Shown here in pieces: positions 56,246 through 64,000 of a stretch of DNA of 64,000 nt (its first letter is position 1; each line of letters opens with the position of its first letter). The notes beneath the pieces are model-generated. The model worked only from the letters and a program-made list of their open reading frames with translations, searched no databases and had not been told where the DNA came from. The stretch is from Actinomycetota bacterium (GTDB taxonomy: Bacteria; Actinomycetota; UBA4738; HRBIN12), in the NCBI GenBank assembly GCA_036280655.1, contig DASUQI010000010.1, positions 13,104-77,103 on the forward strand, given 5' to 3'. Made by a program: the position numbers and the translations under genes.

Positions 56246-57904
56246 CTACTCGCGCCAGGGCAGCCGGACGCCGCGGTCGGCCGCCACCGCGAGCGCCTCG
56301 TCGTAGCCGGCGTCCGCGTGGCGGATGACGCCGGTCCCCGGGTCGGTCGTGAGGACGCGCTCGAGACGCCCCGCGGCATTCTCGGTGCCGTCGGCCACGA
56401 CCACCATCCCCGCGTGGATCGAGTACCCGATCCCGACGCCGCCGCCGTGATGCACGCTCACCCAGTGCGCGCCGGCCGCCGTGTTGAGCAGCGCGTTCAG
56501 GATCGGCCAGTCGGCGATCGCATCCGAGCCGTCCTTCATCGCCTCGGTCTCCCGGTACGGCGACGCCACGCTCCCGCTGTCGAGGTGGTCGCGGCCGATC
56601 ACGATCGGCGCCGAGAGCTCGCCGCTCGCCACCATCTCGTTGAAGCGCAGCCCGGCCTTCGAACGCTCGCCGTAGCCGAGCCAGCAGATCCGCGCCGGCA
56701 GGCCCTGGTACGCGACCCGGTCCTCGGCGAGCTCGAGCCATCGCTGCAGCCGCTCGCTCTCGGGGAAGAGCTCGGCCACCGCCCGGTCGGTCTTCGCGAT
56801 GTCCTCGGCGTCACCGGAAAGCGCCGCCCACCGGAACGGCCCCTTGCCCTCGCAGAACATCGGCCGGACGAAGGCCGGCACGAACCCCGGGTACGCGTAC
56901 GCACGCTCGTGCGACAGGCCGCCGGCCTCGGCGCCCGCCCGCAGGTTGTTGCCGTAGTCGAACGCGACCGCACCGCCCTCGAGGAAGCCGACGATCGCCT
57001 CGACGTGCTTCGCCATCGACGCGAACGCGCGCCGCTCGTACTCGGCCGGAGTGTCCTCGCGAAGCTTCGCCGCGTCGTCGAGCGAGAGCCCGTCGGGCAC
57101 GTAGCCGCCGAGCGGATCGTGCGCGCTCGTCTGGTCGGTGACGAGGTCCGGCGCGAAGCCGCGCGCGAGCAACGTCGGGAGCACCTCGGCGCAGTTGCCG
57201 ACGAGCCCGATCGAGACGGCCTCCTTCGCGACGCGAGCCTCCTCCACCCACCGCAGCGCCTCGTCGAGTTCGTCGGTCTCGCGGTCCAGGTATCTGGTCT
57301 TGATGCGGCGTTCGATGCGGGCGGGATCGACCTCGACGCACAGCACGACGCCGCCGTTCATCGTCACGGCGAGCGGCTGCGCACCGCCCATCCCGCCGAG
57401 CCCGCCGGTCAGCGTCACGGTCCCGGCGAGCGAGCCGCCGAACCGCTGCGACGCGGCCTCGGCGAACGTCTCGTACGTGCCTTGCAGGATCCCCTGGGTC
57501 CCGATGTAGATCCACGAGCCCGCCGTCATCTGCCCGTACATCGTGAGCCCGGCGTGCTCCAGATCGCGGAAGGTGTCCCAGTCCGCCCACTTCGGGACCA
57601 GCATCGAGTTCGAGATCAGGACCCGCGGCGCCATCTCGTGCGTCCGGAACACGCCGACCGGCTTGCCCGACTGGACGAGCATCGTCTCGTCGTCGTCGAG
57701 TCCCCGGAGCGTCCGCACGATCGCGTCGAAGGCCTCCCACGACCGCGCCGCCCGGCCCGTCCCTCCGTAGACCACGAGGTCCTGCGGCCGTTCGGCGACG
57801 TCCGGGTCCAGGTTGTTCATCAGCATCCGGAGCGCCGCCTCCTGCGGCCAGGAACGGCAGGAGAGCGTCGTGCCTCGGGGCGCCCGGACCTCGCGCACGC
57901 TCAC
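56246..57904 (-). CDS. hutU: Urocanate hydratase
   Basis: 552 aa with highly characteristic urocanase blocks ([22 protein letters not shown]-binding). Confidence 0.9.
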   Translation of the reverse strand: MSVREVRAPRGTTLSCRSWPQEAALRMLMNNLDPDVAERPQDLVVYGGTGRAARSWEAFDAIVRTLRGLDDDETMLVQSGKPVGVFRTHEMAPRVLISNSMLVPKWADWDTFRDLEHAGLTMYGQMTAGSWIYIGTQGILQGTYETFAEAASQRFGGSLAGTVTLTGGLGGMGGAQPLAVTMNGGVVLCVEVDPARIERRIKTRYLDRETDELDEALRWVEEARVAKEAVSIGLVGNCAEVLPTLLARGFAPDLVTDQTSAHDPLGGYVPDGLSLDDAAKLREDTPAEYERRAFASMAKHVEAIVGFLEGGAVAFDYGNNLRAGAEAGGLSHERAYAYPGFVPAFVRPMFCEGKGPFRWAALSGDAEDIAKTDRAVAELFPESERLQRWLELAEDRVAYQGLPARICWLGYGERSKAGLRFNEMVASGELSAPIVIGRDHLDSGSVASPYRETEAMKDGSDAIADWPILNALLNTAAGAHWVSVHHGGGVGIGYSIHAGMVVVADGTENAAGRLERVLTTDPGTGVIRHADAGYDEALAVAADRGVRLPWRE

Positions 57905-57944
57905 GCTCGCGATGATAGTGCGGACCGTGGCGAGGGATGCCGGG

Positions 57945-58376
57945 TCAGGCGGGGCGGCCGGCCCGCGCCGGCCGCGCCAAGACCTCTCGGATGCGCTCGA
58001 GGAGCGCCGGCGGGTCGAACGGCTTCACGAGATACTCGTCCGCGCCCACGGCGAAGCCCTCGAGCTTGCCCTCCGACAGCCCGCGGGCGGTCAGCAGGAT
58101 CACCTTGGTGGCCGCGGTGCGTTCGTCGTTCCGGAGCCGCCGGGTGAGCTCGAAGCCGTCCACGGTCGGCATCATCACGTCGGCGACCACGAGGTCGGGA
58201 CGGCGCTCGAGCGCGAGCTCCAGCGCCGCCGCCCCGTTCCGGGCCGTCCGCACCTCGAACCCCGCCGCCGTGAGCTCGATCTGGAGTAACCGGGCGATGA
58301 AGGGGTCGTCGTCGACGACGAGCAGCGACGTCGCCGGCTCGTCCGCGGGCAGGACGGGAGCTCCCTGGGTATCCAC
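57945..58376 (-). CDS. Single-domain response regulator (CheY-like receiver)
   Basis: LLVVDDDP, ...[10 protein letters not shown] (phospho-acceptor Asp), KVILLTA, YLVKPF. The GTG start at 58374-58376 is uncertain. Confidence 0.7.
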   Translation of the reverse strand: MDTQGAPVLPADEPATSLLVVDDDPFIARLLQIELTAAGFEVRTARNGAAALELALERRPDLVVADVMMPTVDGFELTRRLRNDERTAATKVILLTARGLSEGKLEGFAVGADEYLVKPFDPPALLERIREVLARPARAGRPA

Positions 58377-58496
58377 GGGATGACCATCGGCACGTTCGGG
58401 CGGGCGGTGGAGCCGCCACTCGACGACACCCGGAGAACGGCCGCGACGGTTCGTGGGAGGATGTGCCCGCCTGAAGGATCGTCGGGGAGGCGCGCG

Positions 58497-59864
58497 GTGG
58501 AAGTGCTCGATTCGTTCCTGGACGCGGTGGGCGACACGCCGCTGGTCCGCCTCCGAAACGTCTCCCGGGGCGTGAACCCGACCCTGCTGGCCAAGCTCGA
58601 GATGCTGAACCCCGGCGGCAGCGTGAAGGACCGCATCGGCCTTCGGATGATCGAGGCGGCCGAACGCGACGGTCGGCTGCAGCCGGGCGGGACGATCGTC
58701 GAGCCGACCTCGGGCAACACCGGTCACGGGCTCGCGATCGCGGCCGCGGTCCGCGGCTACCGCTGCATCTTCGTGATGCCGGACAAGATGAGCCAGGAGA
58801 AGATCTCGCTCCTGCGCGCGTACGGGGCCGAGGTCGTGATCTGCCCGACCGCCGTGCCGCCCGAGTCGCCCGAGTCCTACTACCGGGTCGCCGACCGCCT
58901 GACCGAGGAGATCCCCGGAGCCTTCCAGCCGAACCAGTACATGAACCCCGAGAACCCCGAGGCGCACTACGCGACCACGGGCCCCGAGATCTGGCGGCAG
59001 ACCGACGGCGAGATCGACGTGTTCGTCGCCGGCGTCGGGACCGGCGGGACGATCACCGGCGCGGCGCGGTACCTGAAGGAGCAGAACCCCGACCTCCTCG
59101 TGGTCGGCGCCGACCCCGAGGGCTCGATCTACTCGGGCAACGTGCACCCGTACCTCACCGAAGGGATCGGCGAGGACTTCTGGCCGGCGACGTTCGACCC
59201 TGGACTCGTCGATCGGTACGTGCGCGTGACCGACCGCGACGCGTTCCGCATGGCGAGAAGGATCACCCGCGAGGAGGGCATCCTCGTCGGCTCGTCGTCG
59301 GGGACCGCGGTCGTCGCGGCGCTCGAGGTCGCGTCCGAGCTCCCCGAGGACGCGACGATCGTCGTGATCCTGCCCGACACGGGCCGCAACTACCTCTCGA
59401 AGGCCTTCTCGGACACCTGGCTGATCCAGTACGGGCTCATGGAGCGGCCCGAGATGATCCGCGTCGAGGAGGTCCTGTCGGCCAAGCGGGGCGAGGTCCC
59501 GCCGCTCGTCACGGTGAAGGCGCACGACAAGGTCCGCCAGGCGATCGACGTGCTGCAGGAGTTCGGGATCTCGCAGGCCCCGGTCGTGCGCGAGCCCGGG
59601 ATGGACGTCGCGCAGTTCGTCGGCGCGGTCCACGAGAACGCGCTGCTCGACCGGATCTTCCGCGACCCCGACGCCCTCCAGGCCGACGTGGCCGAGGTCA
59701 TGGGGCCGCCGATCGGCATGGTCGAGTTCGACGCGCCGATCGAGCTCGCGTTCGAGACGTTGCAGCACGGTCCCGCCGTCCTTCTCGAGAAGGCCGGGCA
59801 GGTCCTCGGGGTCCTCACCCGGAGCGACCTGCTCGAGTTCCTCGCGCATCGTTCCCGCGTCTGA
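58497..59864 (+). CDS. cbs: Cystathionine beta-synthase (PLP domain plus C-terminal CBS pair)
   Basis: PLP lysine block (LNPGGSVKDRIG), GNTG, and a C-terminal Bateman domain. GTG 58497 lies 6 nt after ggggagg. Confidence 0.85.
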   Translation: MEVLDSFLDAVGDTPLVRLRNVSRGVNPTLLAKLEMLNPGGSVKDRIGLRMIEAAERDGRLQPGGTIVEPTSGNTGHGLAIAAAVRGYRCIFVMPDKMSQEKISLLRAYGAEVVICPTAVPPESPESYYRVADRLTEEIPGAFQPNQYMNPENPEAHYATTGPEIWRQTDGEIDVFVAGVGTGGTITGAARYLKEQNPDLLVVGADPEGSIYSGNVHPYLTEGIGEDFWPATFDPGLVDRYVRVTDRDAFRMARRITREEGILVGSSSGTAVVAALEVASELPEDATIVVILPDTGRNYLSKAFSDTWLIQYGLMERPEMIRVEEVLSAKRGEVPPLVTVKAHDKVRQAIDVLQEFGISQAPVVREPGMDVAQFVGAVHENALLDRIFRDPDALQADVAEVMGPPIGMVEFDAPIELAFETLQHGPAVLLEKAGQVLGVLTRSDLLEFLAHRSRV

Positions 59865-59865
59865 G

Positions 59866-60714
59866 GTGCGAGCGCTCGGGATCGACGTCGGGGTTCGCAA
59901 GGGGCTCGACCTCGTCCTGCTGGACGCGGACCGTACCGTGGTCGACACGGCTCGGCACGTGCTCGTAGACGACCTCCCGAAGCTCGTGCCGGACTTCCGT
60001 CCCGACGTCGTGGCGATCGACGCGCCGCCGGGGTGGGCGAGCGCCGGCCGATCGCGCCTGACCGAACGCGAGCTGCGGTGGTTCGGCATCCAATGCTTCA
60101 ACACGCCCTCGGACTCGCGGATGGCCGAGCATCCGTTCTACGAGTGGATGACGATCGGCTTCGCGGCGTTCGCGGCGATCGACGAGCCGTTCCCCCGCTA
60201 CCGGGGCGGCTCCGTGAAGGGCACGGCGGTCGAGGTCTTCCCGCACGCGAGCGCGGTCGTGCTCGCCGGCTGCCTGCCGCCCAAGGGCCCGAGCCCGCAC
60301 GCGTGGCGCCGCAGCGTCCTACGCGAGCGCGGCATGGACGTCTCGGGACTGCGCTCAGGCGACCAGGTCGACGCGGCCCTCGCGGCGCTCACCGGGCTGT
60401 ACGCGCTCGAGCGGCGCTTCAGCGCTCCCGGCGACCCGAAGGAGGGACAGATCGTGGTGCCATCGGCCACGCTACCGGCGCGGCCGTATCGGCGCGGCGA
60501 GTCGCCGAAGCCCGAGCGGCGGCAGCCAGCGCTCCCCGGCCTCGCCGCGTGCGGGTGCGGCGACCCGTCGTGCACGGCGCTCACCGCGCGGGAGTTCGCG
60601 CCGGGCCACGATGCGAAGCGGAAGTCGGCGCTGTGGGGGCTGGCGCGTTCGGGACAGGAGGCGGTCGACGAGCTGCAGCGGCGCGGCTGGGCGATCCCGC
60701 CGGAGATGCGATGA
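59866..60714 (+). CDS. DUF429-domain protein (predicted RNase H-like fold)
   Basis: MRALGIDVG...AIDAPPG is typical of DUF429. The GTG sits 1 nt after the cbs stop, and the protein's stop overlaps the next gene's ATG. Confidence 0.6.
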   Translation: MRALGIDVGVRKGLDLVLLDADRTVVDTARHVLVDDLPKLVPDFRPDVVAIDAPPGWASAGRSRLTERELRWFGIQCFNTPSDSRMAEHPFYEWMTIGFAAFAAIDEPFPRYRGGSVKGTAVEVFPHASAVVLAGCLPPKGPSPHAWRRSVLRERGMDVSGLRSGDQVDAALAALTGLYALERRFSAPGDPKEGQIVVPSATLPARPYRRGESPKPERRQPALPGLAACGCGDPSCTALTAREFAPGHDAKRKSALWGLARSGQEAVDELQRRGWAIPPEMR

Positions 60715-61865
60715 GCGACGAGCGGCGCGACGACGGCGAGCTGCGGTTCGAGACGCGCGCGATCCACGTCGGGCAGGACCCGGAGGCCGAGTTCGGCTCC
60801 GTGAACGTCCCGATCTACCAGACGTCCACGTTCGCGCAGCCGGCGGTCGGAAAGCCGAAGGCGTGGGACTACGCGCGGGCCGGCAACCCGACCCGCGAGG
60901 CGCTGCAGCAGGTGCTCGCGTCGCTCGAGGGCGGGGCTCGGGCGCTGTGCTTCTCGAGCGGGCTCGGCGCGACGACGACGCTGCTGCTCACGCTCAAGCC
61001 GGGCGATCACGTGTTGATCTCGGACGACGTGTACGGTGGGACGTACCGGCTACTCTCGCGCGTGATGGACTCGTGGGGGCTCGAGTTCGACGTGGTCGAC
61101 ATGACGGACCTCATCGCGTGCCGCGCCGCCGTTCGGGAGGGCACGGCGCTCCTGTGGGTCGAGTCCCCTACGAACCCGTTCCTGAAGGTGATCGACATCG
61201 CCGCCCTCGCGGATCTCGCACACCAGGCGGGGGCGCGGTGTGTCGTGGACAACACGTTCGCGACGCCGTACCTACAGCGGCCGCTCGAGCTCGGCGCCGA
61301 CGTGGTGCTGCACTCGATGACGAAGTACCTCGGCGGGCATTCGGACCTGATCGGCGGCGCGCTCGTCGCGAACGACGCCGAGCTGATCGAACGACTGACG
61401 TTCCTCGTGAACGCGGCCGGCGCGGTCCCAGGCCCGATGGACTGCTACCTCGCGCTGCGCGGCGTGAAGACGCTCGCGCTGCGGATGGACGCGCACTGCC
61501 GCGGCGCGAGGCAGATCGCGGAGTTCCTCCAGGGCCACCCGAAGGTCGCGAAGGTGCACTACCCCGGCCTGCCGGGCCACCCGGGGTTCGAGGTCGCGGT
61601 GCGGCAGATGAAGGACTTCGGCGGGATGGTGAGCTTCGAGGTCGGGAGCCGGGACGAGGCGATCCGGGTGGTCGAGTCGACGAAGCTGTTCTTCCTGGCC
61701 GAGTCGCTCGGCGGCGTAGAGTCGCTGATCGAACTCCCCGGTCCGATGACGCACGCGAGCGTCTCGGGCTCACCGATCGAGGTGCCCGAGACGCTGATCC
61801 GGCTCTCGGTCGGGATCGAGCACCCGGACGACCTCGTGGTGGATCTCGAGCAGGCGCTCGGTTAG
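60711..61865 (+). CDS. Cystathionine gamma-lyase/gamma-synthase family (Cys/Met-metabolism PLP enzyme)
   Basis: PLP-lysine block (HSMTKYLGGHSD) and the Cys/Met PLP family fold. ATGA overlap with the DUF429 gene. Confidence 0.85.
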   Translation: MSDERRDDGELRFETRAIHVGQDPEAEFGSVNVPIYQTSTFAQPAVGKPKAWDYARAGNPTREALQQVLASLEGGARALCFSSGLGATTTLLLTLKPGDHVLISDDVYGGTYRLLSRVMDSWGLEFDVVDMTDLIACRAAVREGTALLWVESPTNPFLKVIDIAALADLAHQAGARCVVDNTFATPYLQRPLELGADVVLHSMTKYLGGHSDLIGGALVANDAELIERLTFLVNAAGAVPGPMDCYLALRGVKTLALRMDAHCRGARQIAEFLQGHPKVAKVHYPGLPGHPGFEVAVRQMKDFGGMVSFEVGSRDEAIRVVESTKLFFLAESLGGVESLIELPGPMTHASVSGSPIEVPETLIRLSVGIEHPDDLVVDLEQALG

Positions 61866-61886
61866 AGCCCCACTTGCATCACGGCC

Positions 61887-64000
61887 TCACGCGGCCTCGC
61901 ACGTCTCCGTGCGGAGGTACTGACGGCACTCCTCGGTCGTGAGCTCTCGCGTCACGTTCTCGCGCCCGATGCGCAACAGATCATCGATGTCCATCGCCCA
62001 CACGCGCACGAGGCCGAGACCGTGGGACGCGAGCATCCTCCCGTCGGGACTGAAGGCGACCCCGCAGACGGCCCGGGTGTGCCCCCGGAGGACGAGGATG
62101 CTCTTCCCGGAGTCCGCGTCGTACACGCGAACCGCGCCGTCGTCTCCTCCGACCGCGACCAGCGAGCCGTCGGGACTGAAGGCAAGGGAGCACGTGAATG
62201 GCGTGCCACCGAGCAACTGCGACACGCGCTCATGTGTCTCGAGGTCCCAAACCTCAGGTACGTCGGTGCGTCCCACAAGCACCACTCGGGCACCGTCGGC
62301 GTCGAACGCGAACGGGCGGTCCGAGCGGGCAGGGATCTCGCCGACGATTGTTCGGCGTCGCCAATCTCGGAGCACGAGCTTGGGGCCGGTCGCCCCTGCG
62401 CTGACGACACCAAGCAAGCGGCCGTCCGGGCTGAAGCGTGTCCCCCACGCGTCCCGGCCCGTGCCGAACGATCGGATCGTTCTGCCCTCACGGTCGACGA
62501 TCGTCGTGCCGGGCGTTCCCATGAACGAGCCTCTGCCGTCGACGAACCGCGACATCGCCAGAAGTTTCCCGTCAGGGCTCCAACCCGCGTACTGGCCCTC
62601 GAGCGAGCCTGCATTCAACCGCCCGAACAGTCGTTCTCCGCTCGGAACGTCCCAGGTCGAGATCCCGGCCGTGTACTCGGGGATCGCGATCGACCGGCCG
62701 TCCGCGCTCACATGGAGCCGATGCTCCCGGACGTCGGGACCGAACCTCCGAAGCGGTCGCCCGGTCGCCTGATTCCACTCCGTGAGCCGTCGATCGGCAT
62801 CCACAGCCAGGAGGTGTCCGTTCGGAAGGAACGCCACGTCGCCGAAATGAAGCCCGGCCGGCAGGTTCGCCCACTCGGCGTCCCCCTGCGTTCCCGCGTC
62901 CCAGATAGCGACCGACGCCCCGTGGTACGCCGTGGCCGACACCCTCGACCCGTCTGGCGAGATGGCGACGTCCCCGACGTCTTCACGGGTCGCGAGCGAC
63001 CGGAGCCAGAAGACCGGCTCGACGCTGGCGCGGTCGACCTCCCACACCGCTCCAACCGTCACCAGCCGGGTGGAATCGAGGCTCCACTCGACCTGATGGC
63101 TGGGACCTCGGAAGGATGTGGCACGGATCGTCCCCGTGCCCGCATGCCAGATGTCCAGGGCGCTGGCGGACACCGTCGCGAGGGCCTTCCCGTCCGGACT
63201 CCACGCCACGGACCCGATCGGGTACGTCGTGACCGACTTGGTGCTCGAAGAGATCCGGCCGAAGCGATCCTCGCCGGTCACGACGTCGACCACGCGTACC
63301 TTGCCGTTATGCGGCGTGTCGACGAACGCGATCCACCGACCGTCGGGGCTGAGCGAGGTGTCCTTGGCGCCGAACGGAAGCGTCGTCGTCGTCCGGCCGG
63401 TCCGAGCTTCCACCACACGGATCGTCTTCTCGTCACCCCACGAGGCCGACACGAGTGTCCCGTCCCCGTCGAAGGACACGCCGGACACGCGTCCCGCCCC
63501 CCTGACCGTGGAGACGGGCTCGCCGGTCGCCGGGTCCCAGAGCCTCAGCGTGCCATCGTTTCCGGCGGTCGCCAGCAGGTCGCCGTCGGCGCTGAACGCG
63601 ACGTCCCTGATGATTCGCGGATGAGCGCGGAACGTCAGGACGGGCTCGCCGGACGAGGAATCCCGGATGTCGATGACGCCCGGCTCGTCCGCGACCTGAG
63701 CTGCGAAGACTCCAGCGCTGCTCATCGCGATGGGTGGCCCGACGCCCGGCACCGTCTCGTCGATCCGTGACGCAGTGATCGCGCGGTGGAGCGCGTCCCG
63801 TGCCTCCGGCGACACCGAGCCGTCGATCGATCTGGTGACCTTCACGGCCTCGATCGCAAGCAGGACGCTTCGCTCCGGGTCCTCCTCGAGGTTGGCGATC
63901 GCCGCGGCGGCGAGCTCCCTCGCCCGGGCAACACGCGCCTCGCGCTCCGCCCGGTCGCTCTGGCTCGTCGCGACGATCGTGAGCGATCCGGCGACGAGGG
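61887..64000 (-). CDS. Large WD40-repeat protein, 5' end beyond window (partial)
   Basis: At least 12 WD40-like repeats (ATAGNDGTLRLWD, AVGGDDGAVRVYD ...). The frame stays open with protein-like sequence (..ARARELAAAAIANLEEDPERSVLLAIEAV..) upstream of the track's GTG 63845 up to the window edge, so the N-terminal domain is probably outside the window. Confidence 0.65.
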   Translation of the reverse strand, partial: LVAGSLTIVATSQSDRAEREARVARARELAAAAIANLEEDPERSVLLAIEAVKVTRSIDGSVSPEARDALHRAITASRIDETVPGVGPPIAMSSAGVFAAQVADEPGVIDIRDSSSGEPVLTFRAHPRIIRDVAFSADGDLLATAGNDGTLRLWDPATGEPVSTVRGAGRVSGVSFDGDGTLVSASWGDEKTIRVVEARTGRTTTTLPFGAKDTSLSPDGRWIAFVDTPHNGKVRVVDVVTGEDRFGRISSSTKSVTTYPIGSVAWSPDGKALATVSASALDIWHAGTGTIRATSFRGPSHQVEWSLDSTRLVTVGAVWEVDRASVEPVFWLRSLATREDVGDVAISPDGSRVSATAYHGASVAIWDAGTQGDAEWANLPAGLHFGDVAFLPNGHLLAVDADRRLTEWNQATGRPLRRFGPDVREHRLHVSADGRSIAIPEYTAGISTWDVPSGERLFGRLNAGSLEGQYAGWSPDGKLLAMSRFVDGRGSFMGTPGTTIVDREGRTIRSFGTGRDAWGTRFSPDGRLLGVVSAGATGPKLVLRDWRRRTIVGEIPARSDRPFAFDADGARVVLVGRTDVPEVWDLETHERVSQLLGGTPFTCSLAFSPDGSLVAVGGDDGAVRVYDADSGKSILVLRGHTRAVCGVAFSPDGRMLASHGLGLVRVWAMDIDDLLRIGRENVTRELTTEECRQYLRTETCEAA

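Noticed and set aside
58377-58496. Possible SAM/Met riboswitch upstream of cbs
   Set aside because: No recognisable SAM-I or SAM-IV conserved core (e.g. the kink-turn/AUC...GAGGGA elements) was visible by eye; this needs an Infernal scan before any claim.

Overview
This is a very high-GC (~70%+) actinobacterial-type chromosomal segment, gene-dense on both strands, in which I call about 68 protein-coding genes. Because of the GC content the six-frame track is full of long Arg/Pro/Ala-rich antisense ORFs; I kept only frames whose translations read like real proteins with recognisable family motifs. I found no rRNA, tRNA or CRISPR array.

Recognisable content:
- Secreted and envelope proteins: a PAP2/vanadium-haloperoxidase-like secreted protein and a separate PAP2 phosphatase next to lgt.
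- Thiol metabolism: two PIG-L (LmbE-like) deacetylase paralogs and a tandem-GNAT, MshD-like acetyltransferase, which hints at mycothiol-type metabolism.
- Respiration and central metabolism: cytochrome P450, type II NADH dehydrogenase (with a basic low-complexity tail), an FMN-dependent alpha-hydroxy-acid dehydrogenase, and a PHP phosphoesterase.
- Peptidases and recombination: RmuC; a C45 peptidase followed by tldD-pmbA; leucyl aminopeptidase pepA.
- Translationally coupled operons: pgsA-epimerase-glpX; a nucleotidyltransferase / F420-type LLM oxidoreductase / HARE-HTH / BioY operon; a membrane protein / CPBP protease / tandem split-barrel / SRPBCC operon.
- Envelope stress: two ECF sigma/anti-sigma pairs, an M15 peptidase, and an NfeD-SPFH pair.
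- Transport and cofactor handling: Mrp/ApbC, NCS1 and MFS transporters.
- Amino-acid catabolism and sulfur metabolism: hutI, hutH and hutU in a split arrangement; a cbs-DUF429-cystathionine gamma-lyase operon.
- A large WD40 protein that runs off the window edge.

The most system-like signal is an ECF sigma factor whose own leaderless promoter (GGAACC-N17-GTAGAG) is duplicated with identical spacing in front of a downstream operon encoding two membrane-anchored blue-copper (cupredoxin) paralogs and a TolB-like beta-propeller protein. Other notable points are an internally deleted pilT pseudogene, a 16-nt exact repeat carrying a TAGGCT -10-like hexamer upstream of two unrelated genes, an apparently frameshifted zinc-ribbon gene, and several perfect palindromes in promoter regions.

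All coordinates come from the supplied ORF track plus my reading of start codons. No database searches were run, so family assignments are motif-level recognition only.
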